Origin: Bugula neritina
Lineage: Eukaryota > Animalia > Bryozoa
Direction of reading: 5' to 3'
Length of the DNA: 64,000 nt
NCBI GenBank assembly: GCA_964035545.1
Contig: OZ037766.1
Location: 27,511,673-27,575,672 of the forward strand
Below, piece after piece: positions 1-10,800 of the stretch. A program made the position numbers and the translations under genes. Numbering within the stretch: the first letter of the stretch is position 1; the number at the start of each line of letters is the position of its first letter. The notes under the pieces are model-generated. The model was not told the DNA's origin and searched no databases. It was given only the letters and a program-made list of their open reading frames with translations.

Positions 1-338
1 ACCAACCACGAACATGACGTATTAGAAAGCAAATTAGACATACACTACTAACAAAAGTGGCAAAAAGTTGCACAATTAGTAAAAATATATGAATGTAATC
101 ATTTATTAAGCTATTGATGCTAAAAGTATTAACAGAAACCAGTAAAACTCAGTAAAATAAGATAATTACCTTCTTAAACAAATACTATGGGAATAAATAA
201 ACTCTAGAAAAAAATATCAGCTAGAGTATTTCCATGTATTATGACTTAGCATACATAGCAATTAGTAGAATTCAATAAGGAAACAACTCCCAATTTTACA
301 AGCTAGAGATTAACATTGAGCAGCACCTTTAGAATAAT

Positions 339-2221
339 TTATTGGTCAACATAAATAAAAGAGAGATTCAACACCGGATTTTTTGTCAGTGGAGCAAGGT
401 ACTCTGAAGTCAATAGTGGTGACACCTGGTAGCTAGTAGTGACAGCTTCAAACAGGTGAGTGCTTATTTATGATTAGGTGTTACCTCTTTGGTTGGCATT
501 GCTGCAGTTCTCTCACTCTTCTCAACTCTACATTTACAATATAACAAGTTGATTAATTTATAATTCTACAAATAATAATATAATGGAAAACTGCTAAAAT
601 CACTAATAAATAAGTTGTTTCTTGTAATTCTTATTAGTTTAAACATGTAAGCACATAAAAAATATTAACAATAACAAATATAATGAATGCAACACTTTGC
701 AATATTATAGCATTTTGCAATAATTTGATGTATAATATTTTTGGCAAGTTTTTCATTTAACTGTCGGCAGCATAAAAGTGAAAAACCAACACTAGCTTCT
801 CTCAACCATTGAGATGAAATACAAAATTTGGCATCGATTTGAATTCACATAAGAACAAATAATGGCCTCCTTCTGAGAGTTTAACAGGTGAAACAATTAG
901 TACACAAGTCAGTTCTGTGGAATACAAAATTAGAAAATATTAAGCAAAGAAAAGACAACTCAAAATTACAAGCAAATAACTATTATGTAGTCAGATTAGT
1001 TTACAGTTACTATGGCAACAGAAGATAAAACAGCCACCTAGCAGAGTTGACGCCATCATAACTTTCAGTATCAGAAGTGAGTCTAGATATATCTATTTCT
1101 TCCTGCTGCTCTGTTAACTTCTCTTTCAATTTTTCAAGTTCCCTAAAATGTTAAGACACAGTAAATATATAATACAGCTAGCAGCAGTTGTAAGACCAGT
1201 CATTTTATGGCAGAGGTTAGCCATCACACATGCTAAAGATGTTTTTATACTTTTCCAGTTATCTTACTTTAGCCAAGCGTTTTTCATAGCTTTACTGAAA
1301 CTTATTAAAATCAAATGAATGGGAAGGATAACTTTCTAATACACGACTCACTTGATCAAAACGACTCACTTGATCAAAACTTGTTGCCATTTGAAAAACT
1401 GATGTACCTTGTTAAATTCAATCCCACAAAAGTGACAATAAAAAATTGATAGGACTATAAAATTTAAATTTTTAAACTTGATGAATCTTTACTTGACATG
1501 CTTTAAGTAAATCATCTAATTGAGTTTAATCATTCCTTTCTCTTTTGAAAAACAATAATTTTTACAAGCTGCTTTCATAATGGAAGAAACTTCAAATAAA
1601 TTGTCATCCACTCGGCCAAATCGAATTTTTGAAGGTATAAACACACCTTAAGAAGTCTATAAAGTACTAAAAAGATTGCCAAATAGCAACAATAATTTAC
1701 CATGCATTCACATACATAGTGAAACACTCATCCACCAATAAATTTAATAAGTCAGAATAAAAAATGCCTTTTCAATCAAATCTTAAATATTATCAAATAC
1801 AAGCTATATTACTCTCTTTAAATAAAAACTATAATTATATCATGTGTGCATGTTCAGCTTGAATTCTAGCGGAAATACTTTGAAAAAATGAAAAAAGCAT
1901 ATCATGTTGTATATTATATCAAACACATGATCAAAGAAACTGTATACCTTCACCAGACAATAGAAACTCTGAGTAATAATCAAGTGAAATATGTTGATGA
2001 ATAATTTTGGGCTGAGAGGAATTCGAGTAGGAAACCATCAGTAAATAAATAGGCAAGAAAACTCCAAACTACACACGTTATTGAATCAGTTTTCAAAAAT
2101 TAAACAATAAAAACTTATATACTATTTAAACTGACCTTATATAGAATAGGTTCAATGCTTTTGAGGCTTCCCGTTGTTCCTTGAGCAAATTTAAATGTCT
2201 GGCAAGATGATCTTTATTCAT
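339..2221 (-). CDS. Small coiled-coil protein of unknown function (spliced; 3' end uncertain, may continue off the left edge)
   Basis: Phase-compatible exons 2221-2136 (MNKDHLARHLNLLKEQREASKALNLFYI, donor GTCAGT), 1142-1038 (ELEKLKEKLTEQQEEIDISRLTSDTESYDGVNSA) and 527-485 (VEKSERTAAMPTKE), plus a tentative last exon 425-339 ending in TAA. A probable non-coding upstream exon ends at the GTAAGT donor 3426-3421. No family recognised. Confidence 0.55.
1006..1019. promoter_or_regulatory. RFX X-box GTTACTATGGCAAC
   Basis: 14-bp match to the canonical X-box (GTTNCCATGGNAAC-type imperfect palindrome); intronic in the left-hand gene. Confidence 0.45.
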
Positions 2222-2604
2222 CACAGCTAAATTTATACAATGCATGAACTTCATAACATGAAACCTACTAACCAAGTTACATAAAGTACAGCAGGCTCAT
2301 CATGAAATTATCAACACATTTTCTGTAAAATATAGTTGATTGGGAAAGCGCTAGTGACTAGAGACATTTAAAACTGCAGAAAACAAAAGAAAATAATTTT
2401 AAAACAAACTAGCTACCTTACTGTGGATTAAAAGCATGCACCAAACTTTAAACACTAGACGAAACAGCACTACATAGCAAGCTTAATGAGTTTATACAGA
2501 AAAAGTAAGTTATATCTAGTCTTGCAGAAACAGAACGGTGAGTTGAAAGAAACTCATGCTGCTTAAAGTCTCTAAAATTGTGAAAACCCTAGCGGTAAGA
2601 AATT

Positions 2605-2662
2605 TATTGTGCTTCTCACCTTACTCCGCACACCATACGGAGTAAGGTGAGAGGCACAGTAA
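2605..2662. repeat. Near-perfect inverted repeat / hairpin (21-25 bp stem, 9-nt loop)
   Basis: TGTGCTTCTCACCTTACTCCG (2608-2628) pairs with CGGAGTAAGGTGAGAGGCACA (2638-2658) at 20/21 positions; loop CACACCATA. Confidence 0.85.
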
Positions 2663-3429
2663 AGCAAACCCGCCACAACAGTATAACACTACTCACTAGC
2701 AAATAATAATATAATGAATGGTTCTTCTTGTTACCACCTATGACTCTGAAAAGAGTTCGGGCATGTGACTTAGCACATGGGTGTCATACCAGACCAGAAC
2801 AACAAACATAATACCAATATTAATGACAAAGATCACTATAAGTCAATGATTATGATAGCAATGGTCACTAAATTGTATGATCATCACCAAAGTTTAACAA
2901 CTATTAAAAACAACAATGACTATTACTATTATTATTATAATTATAAGGAACAGCAAATCAGTTTTCAAATTGAAACTCAAACTAAAAGTCGATGAGTTTA
3001 CTGAGTAATGAGCCTCAGCCTAGCAATAAAATTAAAATTATAAATAAATTAAAATATTAATAATCATAATGTACCTAATTTTATAATGGTGACATCAAAT
3101 TTCTATCAAATGGAGTGAGACTGTGCAAACACAATGACAATGAGTATGACCATCACAACGACAATGTGAATGGGAATGGCCATCAAATTGAGTTTGACAT
3201 TCGCTGATTCAGTTTCACTATCAGTATCTCAGCATCTGAGTATCAGTATCACTATGAGTATGACTATGAGTATGAGTATTAGTACTAGTAACTATGACAA
3301 AATTGATCACAATTAAAAATAATAAATACAACAGCAACTAAAATGCAATAGCCAATTTTTTCACTTTTACCTTACTTTATTTAAACAGCAAATTGCCAAA
3401 ACAGGTCAAGATGCAGGTTGACTTACATA

Positions 3430-3700
3430 CTCGATTTAACTTTGATTTCGTCTTCTTGCCTCAACTAAATCACGTGTTGTGTCTCAGGCTCGGTTATGAT
3501 TATATTTTGTGTTTATTCTGATTGGTGTAGCAATGCCCACTGCCAGCTGAGTAGTTGGGCATTAGCCTATACGGTACCAAAGAAGCATTTGCTGCTAGCC
3601 GTTGGTTGCTATAACGTCTAGCTCAAAATCTTCAGTGTTTTGCGCATTATCAATACCTGCATTCAATTTTATCACTTTGTTTTTACAAGTACGGGATCTA
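3430..3700. promoter_or_regulatory. Putative bidirectional promoter of the left-hand gene and NME7
   Basis: Locally GC/CpG-richer segment between divergent genes, with E-box CACGTG (~3471), reverse CCAAT (TGATTGG ~3519) and X-box half-site GTTGCTA (~3605). Inferred from layout. Confidence 0.45.
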
Positions 3701-4829
3701 GGGCTTTTATTTGGCTGAACACTGCTGTTGCCTGTTCAAAAAGAGAAAATATTCGAAACAAAGTAGATATCCAACTCGAATCTTCAAATTATACTCATAA
3801 TCATTTAAAATCAGTAATATTAATATAGTCAATATTTATAATAATAATTATTGTAATAGAAAATGACGTTATACTCACTCATTTATAATTGAATTTCATC
3901 TTATTGTCATACATTTCTTGGCTGATCAGTGATACTGATACTGTGATAGCCCTATCGGCTATCGCTATCACTATCACTATGGCTGTTGAAAGTTGACAAA
4001 ACATAGTAAATACTAAAACTAAAAGTGATTATAATTTAAATTACGATTATTTTTACTGCTGCTAATTAGTAATTGCTTAAAATGTTGTAAATTATGATTT
4101 AAATTCAAATTTCCAATCACATAGTCATATCAATATTACTATTACTATTAGTAATTAGCATTATTTACAATTACATTAATATTACAATTGAAAAGAAAGT
4201 TAGTTTGAATAAAAGTATTGCCATTGGTTTTACCTTGATTTTTAAATCAGATTGTATTAAGGTTACCCGTCTATTTCGAAGTTGATAATACTTTTTAATT
4301 GCAGTAACGTTTTTGAAATTTTAATTTGCCTTACATTTACTGAGTTAGCATCTGATCCACTTGCAGTAATAGTAAGTGGCAATCATAATGATTAGTCACT
4401 TGACTATTAAATAATGATAGCAAATTTTCTTTCTGATAGTCACAGAAAAATTGATTAAAATTAAACTCTGAATTTGACTTAATATCAATAGTAGGCTATC
4501 TTTGAGTGTGGCTTTCATTTTGCATGGTTTTAACAATCTTGTCTAGTTTTTTTATCAGTGTTTTACCGTTATCTATTGAAGAATTTAGTTAACTTCTACT
4601 TTTATTTTACATTTTACAGTTTAGTTTAATTGATTTATTAATATTGTAACTTGAAATTGTTGTTAGACTTTATATAAATTACTGTCTTTTTATTTTCGCT
4701 TTATTTCTTGCAGTCATTTTGACTCAATATCTCAAGGACATACTTTATTTTTAGTAATTGGTACTTCGTCACTTTGAGAATAGAATTGACAGCTGAATCA
4801 ATTAGAACCCTTTCAAAAATTAAAAATAA

Positions 4830-7800
4830 ATGGTAAGTCCTACTGGTATCATGTTTAAATTATACTTAGCTCTGTAGATGAAAAGGAAAACTCAACATTA
4901 CTGCTTACATATATTTATATACTTAATGTATTTCCTACTTTTTAGCTAAAGAGCGTCTTTACTAATGTTTCACCCAATTTTTTCTACAATTATTTCTGAC
5001 TTTGGGTGACAATAAATGTAAAATTGCCCAAAACAATTTTTTGCTCGCTTCAGACTTGTATATTGGTGTATTTATATTGTTATATCTACAATATTACCAT
5101 ACTGCTGTTGACTGTTTATATGAGCATAATGTTTTATTCTGTTTTGAGCTGCAACAGCTTATTTTCTCTTGTGTTTTCAGGCATCGACATTAGATGAAAA
5201 GTTTGCATTTGAGGCAGAATGGTATGATCCACATGCATGTCTAATTAGGAAGTATCAAGTTCTTTACTATGTCAAGGACAGTACTGTTGAAATAGTAAGT
5301 CAACTTTTTGTAACCTTGCACTTCTTCTATGTTTGAGATAGTTTATTTTATTGTTAAGTTTCTTTAGTGGGTCCAAGACTGTTCCGCATGATATAGTAAT
5401 TAGTGACGATCATAGAAGCTCGTATTTAATTTTCTACAGGTTTATAAATTTATTTACAATTAAATTAAAGGATTAATTAATTGATAATTTAGCATACATA
5501 AATGTTTATAATTTCTATAGTGAATCTTGAATGCTTGGTTTTTAGTCGTCTAATATATTTTTAGTTTTTTTAAACAGGAATTGTTTTTTTGACTGTAAAA
5601 CTTTCCCTTTTTTTCCACACAGGTTACTTTTTTATCCATTTTGTCTCTTCTAGTATGATGTGAAGAATCGTCGACAATTTCTTAAAAGATCAAAGACTGA
5701 AATCTCATTGCCTGATCTATACATAGGCAGCACCATTGCTATACATGCTAGACAGTTCAAGATTGTGGCTTATGGTGATGAATATTCTAGAAAGGCTCTC
5801 AGCAGCAAAAAGGAAAGGTGGGTAGTGCAGCTGGATGTATAGAAAATGGGTGAAACAGCTGAGTGTATAGAAAACTCATGCAAGTTTATAGTCACCATAC
5901 CTGTGAGAAAACCCATGATGGAAGGGATTTTTGTTAAATCGGGCTAAGGACTTATTAAGATGAGGCACAGGAGCAATTATGACTGGATGCTCTTCCTAAC
6001 ATCACCAATGGCCTTTGTCCAGGCTAGAACCCATGATCTCCTGTTTATTAGGCAAACGGTCTAACCTCTAGACCACAGCTGCTCCCTAGCTGAGTGCATA
6101 GAAGAGGGGTGAAACAGCTGGTTGTATAAAGGCCACCATATATCTTCTACCAACCATCTTAATTTAACCGCAGTAAATGCAATTTCTCTCTGCTGTTGTT
6201 CATTGCAATCCTGTTGCCCAGTTGGAACTCACCTTTTTGAATTGTATAAAATGTTGAATAGAACATGTTTTATATAATTGTAAGTGTGTTTGTCTGTAGA
6301 ACTCTTGGGATAATTAAACCGGATGTGTGTGACAAGTTTAGTCAAATTCTGGAAGCTATATATGATAGAGGGTTCAAAATTACAAAGATGAAGATGTGCC
6401 AACTTAGCCGTAGTGAGGCTGGCCAATTCTATCAGGAACATCAGGCTAAGTCTTTCTACAAGTAGGTGTTCTTTAGCCTTTTGCTCTTGTGAACTTAAGC
6501 AAGTTTATAGTCACTATCTCTGTAAGAACCCTTGGTGGAAAGGGTTTTTCTTATTCACATGTAACACAGGAGAAACTGCTACTAGATGCTCTTCCTCACA
6601 TCATCAATGGCCTTCTTTTCAATAGGTATCGTACCCATGACTTCATGTTTTGTAAGCCAAACACTCTAACCCCTAGACCACAGTTGCTCTAACTATACCT
6701 TACCTCAGGTTTACTAAGCCTGTGTTCCAACGCCTAACCTTTGCTCTTAGAGTACGTGTAAATTGAATTGGCCTTATATTTTATATGCTGTAAATAGTCC
6801 ATAGAGTTATTATAGGTACTGTGTGTATGAGTATGTGTGTATTATATAATGTGTGTGATATATATTAATATCATCTGCAATGCCAGCTGACTGCAAATCC
6901 TTCTATTTTCAATTTACACGTGCAATGGAATACAAATAATAGTCCTAGTTGTTTGGAGTTATCTGCTCAAGCAGGTATAATATCTAGCTGTAAAAGCTAA
7001 ACTAGCTGTGTTTGCTAAGAACTGTGACCACTGCGATATGATCAAATGGTGCAATAAGAAAATTGTTTGGGTTGAGAAGAAAAATTTAAATTCCAAAAGT
7101 ATTTTGGTCAATTTTAAAGGTTGATTTTGTAGAAATTTGTTTTAGATTTGTAACCACTGTATTTCTTTGATTTCTAAACCAATCCATGAAATTAAATAGA
7201 AGTAAATTTTGTTTTTAAAGTTTGTCCCAAGACTGTTCTATCCTTTTCAAGTTTCTTTTATACGTTCGATGATGAAACAATTGACAATGAGGCTCATTTT
7301 GAATTGTATTCATTACCATAACATATGACTGTATCGCGAGTACCTACATTGTAGTGGGCTGATTCAGTTCATGTCGAGTGGACCAGTCATTGCATTTGAG
7401 CTGATAGGAGAGGGCGCTATTCTCAACTGGAGAGCTCTGATTGGTCCAACTGACTCGGCTACTGCTAGAAGTGAAGCTCCGGCCTCTCTCAGAGCTAGGT
7501 TTGGAACTGGTGAGTAGACAGTTGGTGCAACTCAGCTGACAATTACGTTGTTTAGCTTCTACATAAATATAACTGTCATGGTTTTATTAGTTTTTTACCA
7601 TGTTTATTAGTAAATTTGTAAATTCACATTTAATTTTCTTTAAACCAATTTTCATAAAAAGTTGTTCATTTAAGAGAGGCATTTGATCAGATTGATAAAT
7701 AGTTGAGTTATTAAGTAATAGTTTGAACCTGTCAACTTGAATTTTCTTACTTGAATAGTGATTACAGCTACATATATGTTTCATATTACTAAATGTGGTA

Positions 7801-10800
7801 ATTTATTAATATAGTATAACATATTATCTCAACTGCAGATAACACCAGTATAACACACTATCCCATCTGCAGATAGCACCAGTGTCACATACTATCTCAT
7901 CTGCAGATAACACCAGTGTAACATACTATCTCATCTGCAGATAACACCAGTATAACATACTATCTGCAGATAACACCAGGAACGCTTGTCATGGCTCCGA
8001 CTCTGAGCAGTCTGCCACAAGAGAGATCGAGTTCTTCTTCCCTTCGAAAGGCGTCAAGAGGAGATCCACAGCAACCTTCACGGACTGTACTTTGTGTGTC
8101 ATCAAACCTCACACGGTGTTGGCAGGTGGGTCAGCGAGTCATTGGATCAAACAGGTTGCTTTTATAATATAATATATAGTTCTACATCTTTAAATGATAA
8201 TAATTGATGCTCTATTTTAGAGTTGTCTTCCACTAATGCTGTTGCAAAAAATATTTTCTGTAATTCCTGTATTGTTTCATTTTCTTTGGAATTAAATTAA
8301 GATTGATTTAAATGTTTGAAACTGAAACAGTAATTTCAGAAACTATAGTAAGGAGCTTTTTTATCTCACTCAAAAGTTACGCCAATTTTAATGTGACCAA
8401 AGACTTTGCAAAGTAAACTGCTTATGGAATGATTTTTTTTGTTTATTACACGAAAAAATACAGTATTTAGTTTCAATAAAGTGTGTTAATATTTTGCTTT
8501 AATTGCAAAAGAAATATTGTGCAACCATCAGTTTTATCATGCATCAAATCTGTCTACTAGCACTACATGTTAGTATGACAAATAACCTAACAACTTGAGC
8601 ATTTCCTGCCGAGTAAATGTAACTGTAGGAGTTGCGAATCATTTGTGGGATAGTTTTATATTATAATATTCTCCCCGGTGAAACAGACTGGAGCTTTTAA
8701 AGTTGAACCTTGGAGTCGAGTTGTTTAACATTTAACCGATATATTATGACTTTTTTTCTTTTGTATTTTTTTATACTAGAAATGTCACCACAGCAAAAAA
8801 ATTACTTTCTCTTTTTCAATTTTCCACTCAGAAATACCAAAGTTTAATTAATTTTCCAGGGATGTACAGAGAGCTGTTAGATGTCACACTTTTCTATACA
8901 TAATGACATAGTCTGTACAAAAACCAACATCTGACAGAACGTTTTGTTGTCATCAAATGCTGCCTAAATAATTATCTTGAATTATGGCAGCCTTTTCTAG
9001 TTTTAACTAGCGCTGATAAATCTGTTGAAAGAAAATTAAAAAAATTACATTTAGTTTGAGGCTTCACTTGTTTTGCTCTTTTATTGAATTATTCAAACGT
9101 TTTTAAATTTAAATGTTTCGGTCTTATGCTTATCAACCTGTTGACAAATAATTAAACATGTCTTCAAATTATGTTAACACGTTCATCATAAAGAGCTGCT
9201 GTTGGTAGGAAATGCTGGAAAAATTATAAGCGAAATAAAAAAAGCAGGCTTTGAAGTCTCCGCTCTACAGATGTTCAACATGGAGAGAGCAAATGCTGAA
9301 GAGTTCTATGAGATATATAAAGGAGTGCTGCAGGAATATAAAGGTTGGCCGTGTACAATATGTTGTACAATTCTTTATTTCAAGGCATTTGGTAGATCCA
9401 GAAATAGTATGCCATACTCTTATTGTATTTTGTTTTCTAACTAGTCTTGTGCTAATGTAGCAGGAATAGATCCTGTGTCTATTCTTCATATTTACAGATG
9501 ATTGTCTCTTATTGGGTACATACACTTGTCTATACTCACTTCACATCCTTTTGGGGTAGTGACGTCTGCATGCTTTTATTGTGTGAAAATCCTAATGAAC
9601 TCTGGTGTAGGTCACTTTGTCATGACCTAATTCAATCTGGTCATGTTTGACCTTCGGCATTGCCGCACTGGTATATATGTTTTTTTTTCTGCTGTTTCAC
9701 TAAATTTTCAGACTTTCATTCTAGAAAAGTCATCTAATACAATATCTAAAATGTGGACTTTATAACAAAAAAATTAGAAGTTAATGTGTGTAGCAGAAAG
9801 GCAATATGACGGAATAGAGCCAATGTGGTGACTATGTTATTGTATAAGCCAATTGTTTGGTCACTTAGAAGGTGGCATCTAAATGACATTTGTTTACAGG
9901 ATTATTTGAAAGTACAGAATTATAACAAACTGTTTTGGCTGAGATTTTATATAATACTAACTTGAACTAGTAATATTTCTTATTGTACTAAGCTTATTTC
10001 TGTGATATTATATTTAACAAGTATTATTATATGCTCAACTCGACTCAATTGTCTCTGTTAATAAAACGCCGTAGTAAAATATCAGGCTAGGTAGTTATAG
10101 CAGCATTGTCATTTTAATGTTTAGTTCAATATGAAAAAGGAAGGTATCAACAAACAAGTTTCTTATTTAAATAGACTAGTGAGGCATATTGTCCATTCTC
10201 AATAGTAGAATCAGAGTTCTTGTCTGCAGAAATTTACCTTGACCTTTTACAGACTGTTTGTCATAAGCTTGATATTGTTGCAGTTAAAATGAATATTATT
10301 TCTAATATTTGAAAAGGTCATTATTCAATATATCTTAAACTATAGATGTAAAACCAATTTACTAACCCAATAAGTAGACGCTTCAAATTAGCCAAAAGTT
10401 GTTTTTTGGTGCGATAGTTGTTGCTGCTTGGTGATATATTATTATATTATATCATATTATATTATTTTATATTACATATTATAAGCGGAAATTAGCTTGT
10501 AGTTAGCAAATTTTTTATTTAGTAGTTCAATGAGTTAGCCTTCTATAATGGTTGTATATATAAAGGAGTTTTAGTACAGTTGAATGCTACCAGATGTTGG
10601 CTTCAAGTTATTCACATTATTTTACTAAATAAGGGAAAAATTATTCCACGTCTTGTACTTTCGAAAGTCATTAACTAAGTTACCTTCTTTCTGTTTTTAT
10701 CATGTTTCTGCTTACTAGGTTAGCAAAATAATGATAAAGGCTTCTCCTTACTTTTAGCTTGACTAAGTTTCTGTGTTGGTGTTCTGTAGGAATGGTGGAT

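Noticed and set aside
1343-1392. ~19-bp tandem duplication containing a minus-strand GTGAGT donor preceded by ATG (MATSFDQ)
   Set aside because: The putative exon ends in phase 0, whereas the next exon (1142) needs phase 2, already supplied by exon 2221-2136; treated as an intronic micro-duplication.
5990-6087. tRNA gene
   Set aside because: Only degenerate A/B boxes, no intact cloverleaf; part of a repeated SINE.
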